Source: Octopus sinensis (lineage: Eukaryota). From it: a DNA stretch of 64,000 bases. Shown here piece by piece: positions 24,977 through 39,594 of this stretch. The translations under genes were made by a program, and so were the position numbers. The stretch is from NCBI RefSeq assembly GCF_006345805.1, contig NC_042997.1, forward strand, positions 93,992,001 through 94,056,000. Direction: 5' to 3'. Positions within the stretch are counted from its first letter, which is position 1. Every line of letters starts with the position of its first letter. The notes beneath the pieces are model-generated. The model was not told the DNA's origin and did not search any database. It saw only the letters and a list, made by a program, of their open reading frames with translations.

Positions 24977-26109
24977 CGTATGAAATCCGAAAATAAGGAG
25001 GAAATCTATTCAATAAAATTACCATTGGCTTCAACTATGGCCTCCAGACGACTTTGGAATCTTCTGCAACTAACTCTTCGGGATGGTATCCTCGTTTACG
25101 TTGGTGAATGCTGCCATAATCCTTGCCTTCAGTTCATCTTTGGTGTTACAAGGGGTTTTGTTGGTCTCTTGCTCAACTGCACCCCACACATAATAATCAA
25201 GCGGTCTGGAGAATTTAGGTGGCCAGATTTTAGGTGTGATGTGGGCGCAGAAATTGTCTGACAGCCATGACTGAATTCTCCTGCTTGTGTGGCATGGTGC
25301 AGAGCCCTGTTACCAGACATAAGGTCTTCCAGCAGTCGTCCTCTTAACCTAGAGCAACACTATGTCCTCCAGGCACTTGATGTAGGTCTCCGTGTTGAGT
25401 CTGAGGCCATGTGGGAGGATAAATGGGGACATAACGTCCCCATCACTAGTGATCACACCAAACATCATGATGTTGAATGGCTGTTTGATTTTTATCAATC
25501 TCGGTACGTGTTTTGAGGACACGATAAGCCAACGATTGTTTTGTGTGTTCACCAAACATGTTTGGTTGGAGGGGATGCTTGAGTTTGTTCAAAAGTTTTG
25601 TAGCGCGGTCCTTCCTTTTGTCCTTGATCACTTGGGATAAAAATTGGCCTCTCTCATCTTGTATGAGGAATACCGAATGTCTTCATGCACTACCTACCTG
25701 ATAAGAAACTCAGACATTCCCATGTCTCTGGCGATGGACCTAATTGACTTGGAGGGATCTTTGTCAATCATGACTTGGATTTCACTAACAAATCAGAACA
25801 GTGTGTTTTCCGAGCTGCCATACCTTCGTAATCACCATTAGGCTCATCCAAATCTTTCCGAATCCTCTGCACTGTCCTCGGATTGACAATCAAACACTCT
25901 GAGATGTTCGTATTTGAGCTTATGGCATAAACACCAAGCAGTACAGTATGTCATTTCCATATTTCTGGTAGAATGAATAGCGTATGGTGCTGTTTCCCTC
26001 ATAGACCGTGACAACTAACCCTACCATACTGTGTAGTCGACAAAATCAAAAATAAACAATACGCGAAATTAAAAATATAAAATGGCGACAATTTACCCAT
26101 CGCAGGCTG
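24977..26109 (-). mobile_element. Decayed Tc1/mariner transposon (DD37D/maT type)
   Basis: Fragments IMMFGVITSDGDVMSPFI.PHGLRLNTETYIKCLE and SAPCHTSRRIQSWLSDNF...WPP...LDYYVWGAVE, with TA-repeat flanks and frameshifts. Confidence 0.9.
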
Positions 26110-26124
26110 CACAGACACACACAT

Positions 26125-26500
<376 letters not shown>

Positions 26501-26759
26501 ATGCATACATACACACACACACACGCACATACACATATAATTCTAATTTACGGAAAACAAAAGACGAAGACAGGTGTGGGGACAACTAGCAGGTGTTTTA
26601 GTTTAACGCTCTGGAAAAAGGGAAAAGTCTTTTACGTTTCGGGCCTACGCTCTCCGACGTATGGAGAGAGAATGAAAAAAACAGAGCAATAAAAAAATGC
26701 AGAGTTCAACGGTCCAACATGACGAGATGACTGGAAAAAAGAGTTTGGGTGAAAGGGAG

Positions 26760-26814
<55 letters not shown>

Positions 26815-26815
<1 letters not shown>

Positions 26816-27320
26816 GTATAGGCACACACCAGAAAAGGTCACAGAAAACGAGAAAGCAACCATACTCTGGGATATGCCGATACACACAGATAGAGAAATT
26901 AAGGCCAACAGACCAGATATAGTTGTCAGAGATCATGAAGAAAAAAATGCTTTCTAATTGATGTATCAATACCGGCAGATGACAACGTGTCTCTAAAAGA
27001 AATGGAGAAACTCTCAAATACAAAGACCTGGAAATAGAGGTAACTAGAATGTGAAGCTGAAAACAGAAACATTCCTATCATAGTAGGTGCATTAGGCATG
27101 ATAAAAAAATATTCAGACAAATACATAACAAAAACACCAGGACTTACAAACACATATAACATACAGAAAATTGCACTACTAGGCACTGCACACATCCTAC
27201 GCAGAACACTTTCCATACAATAACCATCAGAGCATCACAACAAATCACAGCACATACCCAAGGCACACAGAGCTGCGCTCGGTAGTGAAGTGAAAGCACG
27301 CTATAAAAATAAAACTACTG
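26815..27320 (+). mobile_element. 5'-truncated R4/Dong-type LINE (RLE endonuclease C-terminus) inserted in (TAA)n
   Basis: Reconstructed frame ILWDMPIHTDREIKANRPDIVVRD...LIDVSIP...KYKDLEIE...IPIIVGALG...IQKIALLGTAHILRRTLS. (TAA)n at 26762-26814 and 27321-27340. Confidence 0.92.
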
Positions 27321-27974
27321 AATAATAATAATAATAATAACGGTAAAGGTAATGGTAACCCCAACGAACTAAGGTGCGCAAGCGTGTGTGTGTATGTGAG
27401 AATGGTGTATATGAGTGCGTATGCGTGAATGGGGGCGAGTGAATCTAACATGTGTATGTGAATGGGGGCGAGTAAGTCTAACGTGTGTGTGTGTGTGTTA
27501 TGTGTAGCAGTTGATATGTGCTTGTCCAGGTCGTGTGTGCACATGTGTACGTGTATGTTTGTGAGCAAAAGTTATCTTTGTCTATGCATGTTGCGTCTGT
27601 GTATGCATGTTGCGTGTATTTACGCTTGCTGTGCATGTGTGCATATATTGTCTGTGTTCCAGTATTGAGCTTGGGCGGGTGTGGGAATGTGCATGATGAT
27701 GTGTGGTGTGGGTACTGAGAGGTGTTCGGTGCTAGTGTATGTGAAATTTGGACGGTGTTTGTGGATATGTGTATAAGATTGCGTAAAGTGAGTAATGAGT
27801 TACACAGTGTGTATGGGTGTTTATAAAGTGGTGTGTGTGTGGGGTGAAGGTACCGAGGTAGGCGGTATGTAGGTGTGTAGGTTGAGGGAGCAACTGGATA
27901 TGGGAGGTGAAAAACCGGAAACCGGCCATAACGCCAACCATACATGGAACTCACGTGAAACGAAAATATCTAAT

Positions 27975-28410
27975 CTGGCTCCTATCGAAAGATTTCAGTG
28001 TCACAGGATGATATATTTGTGTCTTGCCTAAAGTCGCCATTCGTCTGCACACTGCCCCATCTTGGTGATAAGCATGTGAAACGGGGCATCGTTGCTCATA
28101 TCAATCCCGAAATCACGCACCATATGCGATTCTATGATTGCCGCTCCTTTTAATCCAAAGTATCGTTGTTGCGAATTCTGAGCACCAATTTTGCTAGTAG
28201 CAAAGGGCTTGGAATTTGCCTGCATTAAATTGCACGTTATTATCCTCAGCCCATTTGCATATGGCATCTAGGTCTTTCTGTAAAAGGTTAGCATCAGAAG
28301 GTTCCTTGACGACTTCTACTACTTTTGAAACGTTGAGGTCATGTATTTGTAGTGAGCTTTCTGTTTTTCTCACCTGTTTTACATTCTTCTTGCTCCCAAA
28401 AACCGTCGTT
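27975..28410 (-). mobile_element. CR1-type LINE reverse transcriptase fragment
   Basis: LQKDLDAICKWAEDNNVQFNAGKFQAL followed by VRDFGIDMS.D..F, typical of the CR1/L2 RT C-terminus. Confidence 0.8.
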
Positions 28411-28454
28411 GTGTGGTAGTAGCTTTTCTTCTCCCAGCAGACATGGATACAAAT

Positions 28455-28690
<236 letters not shown>

Positions 28691-28879
28691 GTGCATTTAT
28701 GTATGTCTCTGTATTTGTCTGCGTGTATTGATGTATTTGCGCATATAGAACACGTATAAATTTTACAAATTTATATATGCGTTCTATAAAGTATAATGAA
28801 TTATAGATTAGTACTCATGCTTTCTAATTTACACATCAATAAATATATTTAGCTAGCAACTTAATACCTTGTATATTGT

Positions 28880-29272
28880 TTTCAAATTTTGGCACAAGGT
28901 CAGCAGTTTCGGGGGAATGAGTTAATCAATTACATCGACCCCAGTGCTCGACTGGTACTTATTTTATCGATGCCGAAAAGAGGAAAGGCGAACTAGCCTC
29001 GGCGGAATTTGAATTCAGTACTTAAAGCTAAAAGAAATGCCTATTTCTTTACAACCCACAAGGGGCTAACCACAAAGAGAACAAACAAGGACAGAAAAAC
29101 GGATTAAGTCGATTATATCGACCCCAGTGCATAACTGGTACTTTTTTAATCGACCCCGAAAGGATGAAAGGCAAAGTCGATCCCGGCGCAATTTGAACTC
29201 AGAACGTAACGGCAGACGAAATAAGGCATGCATTTCGCCCGGCATGCTAACGTTTCTGTCAGCTCGCCGCTT
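28880..29272 (-). mobile_element. Composite OK-like SINE (young part 29041-29272 joined to an older-type body)
   Basis: Junction GAAATGC|CTATTTC at 29040/29041, with a single head. Confidence 0.85.
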
Positions 29273-30184
29273 TATAATATCCTGTATATTGAATAACTTA
29301 ATATATCTCAAGTTATAAATGTATACAAATTCTGCTACTTTATATTTATCTACATTAAATAGGAATGCATAATGCATTCAGCTGGGCGAGTAAATATGTA
29401 TATGATTATAACTCTGAATTCGTCCAAGCTTATATAGTTAACGGGCTTATTTTTACGATGGACATTATACTTAAGATTTCATATAGTTTTAATGTCCTAA
29501 TTTTATTTCGTATAATATTCATGGGTATACATATCTGCAATTGATTTTATACTGTCAAAAACATTAGTATTAAAAAAGTTTATTAGAATATCTGCAAGTT
29601 ACTTTAAATTATTTCAAACATTTTTGTCGATGCTTTGTGAGATCTGAAAGTTCCACAAATAAATCACTTAATACAATTTCGCTTTACACACAGAAGCATA
29701 TACATAAATATAAATAGACACATGTAAGATGTGTAATGGTACTTAAATTCATCGAACATAATATAGAGTATAATTTGGCACATAAATATTAGATTTATGA
29801 AGAATTTAATGTTTTTCGAGAAAAATTATAAATTTAAACTTTATTTGATTGTGCTCTTAAATTACCTCCTCCATACAATATATATTTCTATTCAACAAAT
29901 ATATACACAAATTTTAACACGCATTTACAAATCCACCAGCAAACACGCACATATTTACATACAACACAGCTAAAACAAACAAGTTAACTTACATTAGATA
30001 CACAAAATTTACCCTTTTCAACCATCTTTTACACGTTTAATTAGATAGACATGATACACTGTCACTCACATTTCCTACTCTAAGGATTGTCGGCCTTCAT
30101 TTAACACTAAATGAATCTTATTTTGTCTTTTTACCTACTCGCCATCCGCTACCTACTATTGTATTTGTATATTTATGTCACACC

Positions 30185-30960
30185 CCAGTAGGCTTCACCT
30201 TTGAGAAATTTGGTGAAAGCAATGTTGTCGCCTTCAGCACCAGCAAAGTTTTTGACCGTTTCTAACTGATTGTGTATAGTCCCCACCCGTCTCCTATCTT
30301 TTGGATCGGCCGCTCACTATCGCTTCGCACGATCACAGTGTGTCTTGATGAAACTGCTTTGCCCGAAGTTTTTGAACTTTGGCATGTTCCACAATTTGGT
30401 TTTGATCCTCACTCTCTTGTTGTCACACCCAACAAGTCTATCCTTATGCCGATGACACTGCTTTTCGTCCTTCTCTAATATTTTCCAATCAAGCATCATA
30501 CATACAAAACCAAAATACGAGACACCAAACACGGACCGATTTCCCAAAGAAAGACCCCAGAATATTTAATGGGGAAGGAATATTTCAATTATGTCTCTTT
30601 CAACAGCAAGAAAACACAAATACGCCACATCCCACTGAAGAATCAGCAGCATGCGATTAGACCCTAATATTGGGCTTTACTATCAACGAGGATCTCTCCT
30701 AACAAAAATACATCCTTAACCTGGTCAGGATCGACCGTATCCCAATGAAAGGCCTTCCTCTAATGAAAGGCCTTCCTCAGTGTCAGAAGATATTTCAGAC
30801 CCCAAAAATTATTGACAGTCTAAGAGGCTCAGGTGGGCCCACAGTACTCTTAAACTTGGGATGGAGCTGTTTCTGCTGGCACAGGATCTTAGAGTTCATA
30901 CAGAAAAGAGTTACTCGTCTGCTTGCATGAAGTCACTCACAGATACTGTCTGACCTACGT
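30185..30960 (+). mobile_element. Decayed L2/Jockey-group LINE reverse transcriptase
   Basis: Degenerate motifs ESNVVAFSTSKVFDR (DISKAFD-like), G(V)PQ and YADDT across frameshifts, then WG..N.V.FNSKKTQ. Confidence 0.7.
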
Positions 30961-31104
30961 CTGACATACGGGTACACTGGTTTGCCTCCCCAGCGCTTGC
31001 TTTTCTGCTACTATTCTTTCTATTATCTGTATCTCGGAGCTGGATGAACTTAAGCCATATCCATTTAGGCATTTCCAACCCACTCGTCCTTTCATCACGC
31101 ATAT

Positions 31105-31164
<60 letters not shown>

Positions 31165-31989
31165 TGCTTTCCTTCCTTCCTTCCTTCCTTCCTTCCTTCC
31201 TTCCTCACCTTTTCTCTCTTTCCATAGATAGATATAGAGAAGTAAATAATCAGCAGGCACACTTTAATGGATATTTCTGTCCAAATTGTATATATACGCA
31301 TACACACATAAATGTGTGTGTGCGCGCGCACACACACACAAATACACACACACACACTTACAAACACACACATGCACACGCACAAACACATACAGAAATG
31401 ATGTATACACACACACACGCACACACACATATATATGTATGTATACATATGTATGTGTGTGTGTATATGTGTATGTATATGGCATTACTAAAATCCATTT
31501 CGTAATTTATAAAAGACAGTTTTTATAAATGTTCGGTGCATTAAATTTATTCTATACACTCAAAATTGGCGAAAACAATATTTATTCTAATGTACATTGT
31601 AGTGAGACCACAAACTGTTTAATACATCCGTAATTTATTAATGAAATTAGCTGCCAGCAACGCACTATTTATATAAATCGGAATTTCCAATTTAGTGGTT
31701 TCATATACACTATCGTATTGGACAGTTAAAACGGGTGCCTTGCTCTTGATAAGATGCCCAAAGCGACCGATACTGATTGGAGAAATCTCTCATTTTCTGG
31801 TGAATTGAAAGACAGCTATTTACAATTAACTAAGATTGACATAGACACAGTGTTCGCTAACAATTTCGATTTAGTGTAAATTAGCTGTATATGTGTATCA
31901 AATACTTGTATCAAATACTTATACTTTTATTTCTTGTATCTTATTCAGAGTAATTGATAACTTTTCATTGAGATCTTTAACGAGAAACA

Positions 31990-32070
31990 TACTGAAAAGT
32001 TCCTGGCTTTAAGAGTGTCGCGAAAGGCCTGGCTGGACGGCCAACTCTCCGAGTTCTTTTACAGAGCTTA
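31990..32070 (+). mobile_element. Short mariner-like terminal fragment
   Basis: Same family as 6493-6578, in the opposite orientation. Confidence 0.5.
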
Positions 32071-32278
32071 AAAAAACTATATTTATATTATTAAAATTAT
32101 AATTTAGGGTATCTAAGAGATACCACCACGCTGGAAAAGGCAACCAAAACCTGACTCTAAAACCACATTAAATGTTCATACAGCACCAGGAGAGAAGACA
32201 AAAAGACAAAATAAACTAACTTTGCTAGTTTATTGTCTTTTTGTCTTCTCTCCTGGTGTGTATGTGTCTGTGTGTAAG

Positions 32279-32279
<1 letters not shown>

Positions 32280-32365
<86 letters not shown>

Positions 32366-32388
32366 GTCTGTCTGTCTGTCTGTCTGTA

Positions 32389-32463
<75 letters not shown>

Positions 32464-32500
32464 ATGTCTATCTATCTATCTATCAGTGTCTAAATATATC
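32280..32500. repeat. (TCTA)n/(TCTG)n microsatellite
   Basis: Tandem tetranucleotide repeats. Confidence 0.95.
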
Positions 32501-32842
32501 TATCTATCTCTCTGTCTCTTCCTCTCTCTTAATTATTTGTAAGTTTGGGGAATATTCCTCTTAAAAATTCCATATTGAAAGTGTGTGGTCATTTAATCAT
32601 ATTCATGCTTTCTTTCATATTTCCTTATTCGTCCTATACATTTAGTTCGCAACACTAAAGTTGCTAAGTCCATGAACATTTCAAAACCGTCTTGGCTCCA
32701 CCTTGTAAATGAAGTGATGATAGTAGAAGGTAGTTGTGGTATTTTGTTGTAGATACTAAAGGATTATGGGAATGATCAATATCGCAAGATTTAATGCATA
32801 TTTTAATGGTTAACTCTTGGTTCGGCTTTATTCTACATATCT

Positions 32843-33255
32843 CTTTCTCTTTCTTTTACTTGTTTCAGTCATGTGACTGCGGCCATTCTGGTGCACCACC
32901 TTTAGTCGAGCAAATCGACCCCGGGACTTATTCTTTGTAAGCCCAGTACTTATTCTATCGGTCTCTTTTTGCCGGACCGCTAAGTGACGGGGACGTAAAC
33001 ACACCAGCATCGGTTGTCAAGCGATGGTGGGGGGACAAACACAGACACACAAACATACACACACACATACATATATATATATACATATATACGACAGGCT
33101 TCTTTCAGTTTCCGTCTACCAAATCCACTCACAAGGCATTGGTCAGCCCGGGGCTATAGCAGAAGACACTTGCCCAACATGCCACGCAGTGGGACTGAAC
33201 CCGGAACCATGTGGTTGGTTAGCAAGCTACTTACCACACAGCCACTCCTGCGCCT
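32843..33255 (-). mobile_element. tRNA-derived CORE-type SINE with internal microsatellite
   Basis: The minus strand starts AGGCGCAGGAGTGGCTGTGTGGTAAG...GGTTCAGTCCC and carries a GGGCAAGTGTCTTC core. A homologue lies at 51396-51797. Confidence 0.85.
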
Positions 33256-36200
33256 GTTGTATACATGTTGTATACATGTGTTAATTTTAGGTTTATATTT
33301 TTCTATTCATTAAGCTCTTATAGTTACAATTTCTAGTTTTTCTTTCAGAGTGGAAAGCTATATATAACAACATTGCTATTCAATAATGCTTTTCTATCTG
33401 TTTCTTTCCTCTCCCGTGTTCTGTATTACAATGTGCTGTAATAGGTTTTTGTTGGTCAACAGATGAGAAATCATCAATTGAAAACATTTAACTCGAGGCC
33501 AGTGATGTCGTCTGTATAACATATCAAACACATGTATGTATGTGTGTATGTATGTATGTATGTATGTATGTATGTATGTATGTATGTATGTATGTATGTA
33601 TGTATGTATGTATGGATGGATGGATATATGGATGTACGTATGTATGTAAATAGGTATGTATAGATAGGTATACATATATATATATGTTTGCGTGTGTGTG
33701 TGTATATGTGTGTGTGTATTCTATTTGTGTTTATATGTATGCACACGTACACAGAGGAAAATTTTCTAAACCAATTTTCGTCGTGAATGTATCTTTATTC
33801 TTATGATTCTTTTTTGTTTTTGCGCTAATTTATGTAGATATGATTGTCGAAACCATTGTAGGAGTCGCATTTACTCCACCTTCTTTCAACTCACATATAT
33901 AAACTACTCTCACTCACAAGAAACATATTTAGAGCATTGTATACTACCTGTCACCACTTTGTCTGCTGTTGCAGAGAATCTGATTGTAGTATGTCTGTCT
34001 TAATATTGGCACAGCTGCTCTTCACACTTTAGCTACGAATCATTCCACACATTGTCGTTGCTATCCATGCAGATACCTATCTTCTTCTTTCTCGCTTCAT
34101 CCTTAGTTCTCGCTTTCTATTTCTTTCTCCCTATCTGTCTCTCTTTCTCCTTATATATGTATATGTCTGACAGTTAATCTCCATGCACACATCTTTACAC
34201 ACATATTATATAAATGGAAGAAATTTAAATATTTCAGGTACTCGATGTAAGTGAAATAGGAATATAATACCAGCCATGCTATACTTCCAGTGTATGGAAA
34301 AAAAAGTGGAAGTCTCTTGACGGACCGCTTTATAGTTTGTTCTCCGCCTCTCAGAGAAGACGTACCCAGCTTCCTTCTATCAATAGTATATATCATTATG
34401 CTATAATATAAATATAAAACAGTCATAATTTAAGCTGGCACCGAAGTGGATAACTTAATTTGCATCTTTGTTCTTTTGATGGCTCGTCATTAATTAATCC
34501 TTCAGAAAGGTTTGGTAATATTTAAATTTATTTCATTTCTTTTGATTCACCAGCAGACTCTGTTTTTACTGCGCATCAGATGCATAGAAAATACGTTTAT
34601 ATTCTTACTTCAGACACCCATATATATATCTGCACAACACATACACATAATCACCTGGTGCTTTAGCAGACGTAGTTATTCTTTCCTTTCATATTCCTAT
34701 GTAATAGCGACAATACGTTCCAAACTTCCATCAATTTGTAAATCACTTTGCTTAAATATTATGCATTAGCTTTTCATTTAGTATATACTATGAACTTTCT
34801 TGTACTGCTTGCAGTATAATTTTTTTACAGAACCTCAACTCTAATAACAAGCGATCATTTTATTACCACCCATAATACCATTAATAGTGTTAATATCAGC
34901 AAGTATGTAGAAAAAGCGAAGCCCATAAAATTAGGTACATTTCTCTCTTTCTGTTTACATCTTGATTTCAACTCTATCCGGTGCCGACTATTTTTTTTTA
35001 CCAAGGGATTCGTAAACTCCGTACTTGAAATAAATATTTTCTGATTTTCGTTGGCTAATTGAACGAGAGTGTTTGGTTTTCATAACCATAAGTAGGTGAA
35101 AGATGCATTAGTCCTGGAGAAGACGACGGTATATAGTAGTTAGTATTCAACGACTTTATGATTACTGTTTGAGTTAGCTAATTTAAGTGAAGAAATTTAT
35201 CTGCAGCGTATTTGAACTTAGGAATCATAAATAGATAGTTAAATTATATCATGCATTCGGTCATTTTGCTTTATCATGGCGTAGATATTTATTTGAAGAA
35301 ATGTTATACGTTGTTGAAGTGTGTACATTTGTAGCAAATACTTTGGGGAAGAATACAATATAAATAAAAATACAAATGAAATCTTGTTATTCTAATCTGC
35401 TGCACTCTGAATCCTTGCATCATTTCTAATACGCACCGTATGAACGAGTAGTTTGCAGCGCTGAGATCAAGCAAAGCCTTCATTCTGGTACTATTTGTAG
35501 TAAAATCTTTTACTTGAAGTCTGATACTGTAATAAAAAGAGAATTGGTCAACATACCATCATTGAGCTGGAAAGTAAAAGACGCGCAAAATTTTACAAGC
35601 CAGACTAAGAAATCAGACGATGCACCAAGCTTAGTTTGGTTCAGGAAATAAAAAAGGAAAAGAAATGAACAGTTTCTTCCTGAAAATATATTTTGGTACT
35701 GTGTGCAGTTCTGGAGTAAGGAAAATATATGGAAATCCATGGAAATAAATGTTCTTGTATCACTTACTGAATAATTCTTCGAATAAGCCCATATATCACA
35801 TAAGTCACATATGCGTTCATATTGATCGCCTCAGATCTTTCTCTCTTACAAAATAGCTGGTGCGTATTAGAAAATGCAGCTTATTACACTGCATGGTGAG
35901 ATGTATATGCCAACTGCAGGTTAGAGGAAGGGGCACCAAGACCCTTAACTTGCACGTGAGAGAATTTAATATACATCTTTGAACTCCATAAAGAAAAGTT
36001 TGGTATGTATTCAATAAGTGGCACCAAAATGTCTTCCTTTATTCTAGAGCATGCGTACTGCAGGGAAACAGCACAAACGTCTCGACTCACTACAAGAAAG
36101 TCAATCAATACTACAGCCCCTGCATTATCACCGCCTTTTATATGTTGCACTTATTATTTATATATAAGTGCATAAGGAAATCGATGTTGTTCACACTTCA

Positions 36201-37714
36201 TAACATCCGTGATTTTGAGTTACACTCACATTCATACTTCACAACCTGGTTCAATAAATGTGGATGGGCCCAGCAATAAATCTATGGTTATGATAAATAA
36301 CATAATTCTATTACAAAATGTGCGCGTGTATTGCTTCCCAACCCCATGGTTCCAAGTTCAGTCTTACTGCGCAGCACCTTAGTGTCTTTTACTATAGCCT
36401 AAATCCTAGTGAGTGGATTTGTTAAATGAAAACTGAAAGAAGCTTTTCGTATGTATCTAATTTCTGTGTGTCAGTGTGTCTCACTTTGACCCCGCTCTCT
36501 CACTATTCAATGACACTTCTACTATTCCTCATCACCTACCCGATTATCTAAATTTTCATTAAAACACGTTTTAGAATAATATATGTTATTACTGACCAAC
36601 ACATTCCGAAACTCTTTTTTTATTTACTGAACAAGGAGGTATCAGGAGAGTATCCTTTGACGCAGTTTAATCATGCTGAATCACATTCGTGTTGCTGCCT
36701 AACCTGCTACCAAAGGCCAGACTTTCTTCATTAGCATGAAAATTAAATATATTTGTGAACCTAATCCCTAATCTCTAAAAATTATTCTTTATTTTTAGAG
36801 CCGTTACAAATTGGTTAAATTTTTGTTTCTCTCCTTCACCCACTCTCTCTCTCACCCGCTCTCTCTGTACCCTCTCTCTACGCCCTCTCTCTCTGCACCC
36901 TCTCTCTATATATACTCGCACTCGCTATATATATATATATTCACACACACACACGTGTGTGTATGTATGTATATAGTGTACGTATGAACGTATGTCTGTT
37001 GTGTTTTGTGTATGTACGTGTGTATTTGCAAATGTATATATATATATAAAGTGCAGCAAGATATAGCTTTTTATGAAGCATGTTTAGTTCAATAAAACAG
37101 CTATAATGAGGAGTGTAATGAATGCAAAACGAGTACATCATGAAAGTGTTTCGTCACAAAATCACTCCCCTGCACACAGAGCATTGGGCCGTACAGCTAA
37201 TTGCAATTAATATTCTTATGCAGAAAATAGCATATAAAACGAAAATTGTTAAACCACTACCATGAAACTAGAAAAAATTATTCGACTTAATGATGTTATC
37301 GATAAAACCCTTTATAGATAAACACACCAACCGGAAAACGAGAAAATTATCTTATAAATAATAAAATCTATACAAACGAAATTAAAATAAAATATAAAAA
37401 TTACTCATTAAGAAATAAAAAAAAGGCAATGCTTAAAATCGGAAATCGAATTTTGATGAAATAAATTTTCTTCAAAACTTCTTGTAAATTTCTGGGAATA
37501 CGATAAAGTTTGTGCATGTTGATGTCGTTAGCAGAAGGTATTCAGTGAAGCCATTGCATCTTTGACTGCGAGTGCATGAAACACATAGGAGTAGACAGTA
37601 ATATTGTTGAAAGGGAATGTTCAAATATGTTGTTCCTACATAAAAAAAAGTATACCATGTGGATGCCTGCCAGCGTTTTATACTGAATGAACCCAACAAA
37701 AATGGTATATTCTA

Positions 37715-38060
37715 AGTAATAAAATATTCGAACATATATTGAAATTTTTACATCAAGAAGGCACGAATACATCTATATGCATTCATATACATACATACGT
37801 ACATAATAGAATATACATATACACATACAAGCATACATGCATACATACACACACATACACTCATACTCTTATACATGCATAATTCAAAGTAATAAAATAT
37901 TCGAACATACATTGGAATTTTTACATCAAGAAAGCACGAATACATCTATATGCATTCATATACGTACATACGTACATACATAGAATGTACATATACACAT
38001 ACAAGCATACATGCATACATACACACAAATACACCCATACTTTTATACATGCATAAATTC
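37715..38060 (+). repeat. Direct tandem duplication with a 173-bp unit
   Basis: AGTAATAAAATATTCGAACAT starts at 37715 and again at 37888, and the downstream sequence is co-linear. Confidence 0.9.
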
Positions 38061-38845
38061 ATATATGTATGCATAAATTTATATACATATAATTCTATAT
38101 GCACAGGTAACGTAAACAGTATTTTCTTATATACACATACATAAAAGGACAACTGCAACATTATAGAAAGTCACTGAAACTCCATCAAATACGCATATGC
38201 ATACATCAAATATTGCATGCACACATACAAGTAATTATGCTTATGCATTTATTTATATAGGTGTCTGCTCTCTCTTTCTGCAGCTTGCTTTATCAATTTC
38301 TGCAGCTTTTACACGCCTCTCATTTCTATTACACTTGATATTTCTAGTTGCTTCATAACGAGGCTGTCAACCTGAATGTGTTTGAAATACGCAAATAAAT
38401 ACGTACATACAGACACCTGCATATACATTCATATAGAAAGTTCTAATGAAAATAACTTTAACTCAGAGATTGACGTCAGAAAAAGAAGAAAAAAAATCAA
38501 ACATGATTCCAACAAAACCATAGACGTAAAACATAACTCACTAATCAAATCTCAAGAATTAGATAGCAAAATTTATGAAAAGTTGCCAATCTGTAATCAG
38601 TTTACACATAGCATCTAGTTTAGAGTAGTCATTTTAGTCGATTATGTATGAGCTGTACAGACTTCCATCAATATTTAACAATACCATGTCGAACGAAGTT
38701 TTGATGTTCTTCATAGACTATAAATTAAAATTTTAAAAGTACACATTGTCAGCACATACTTGAAATTGTTCAAGACGAAATCCACATCTGATTACATTCA
38801 TCTAAAATTATTTACTAGTCGCTTCCATTCAACACACACACACAT

Positions 38846-38883
<38 letters not shown>

Positions 38884-39286
38884 TACATAAACGATCGATA
38901 TGAAGTGGTAAGTATGTAAACTACATTCAAATGTCATTTCTGTCATTACGGTGTTTTCATTCTAACTCTAATTATATATAAATCTTAAAAGGAGGCAAAG
39001 TAAAGTTGTTTAGTTCATGATTGCGTTGCATTGAGTTTGAAGCTCTTTTACTCGTTTACTTGCTTCCTCATTGAACTGCGGCCTTGTTGGGGCTTCACGT
39101 TTATGTATTTTAGCAAATTATGTCTATAGCAATACTAATTTCATCCAGTATATATACTTAGTTTAATCAATTTGTATTTATCGAATGGCCGATTTATCCT
39201 ACCATTTTAATCAACACCAGTTTGTACTAATAAACATAAAGACATACTTTAATGCTCATACATATATACATAAATATAGACACACA

Positions 39287-39401
<115 letters not shown>

Positions 39402-39594
39402 GGCTCGCTGAAAAATTCCGTGTGGTGAAATGTAGTGAAAAATATAAAAAAGGAAAATGCATTGAAAATTTATGTGTATGTGTGTGTGTGGGGTGTGTGT
39501 ATGTATGTATATATATGTTATGAAATGCAATATTTACATAATCGACCGGGTTCGCCTATGATGATTATGACTAAGTAGTTAGTGATGCATTCGT

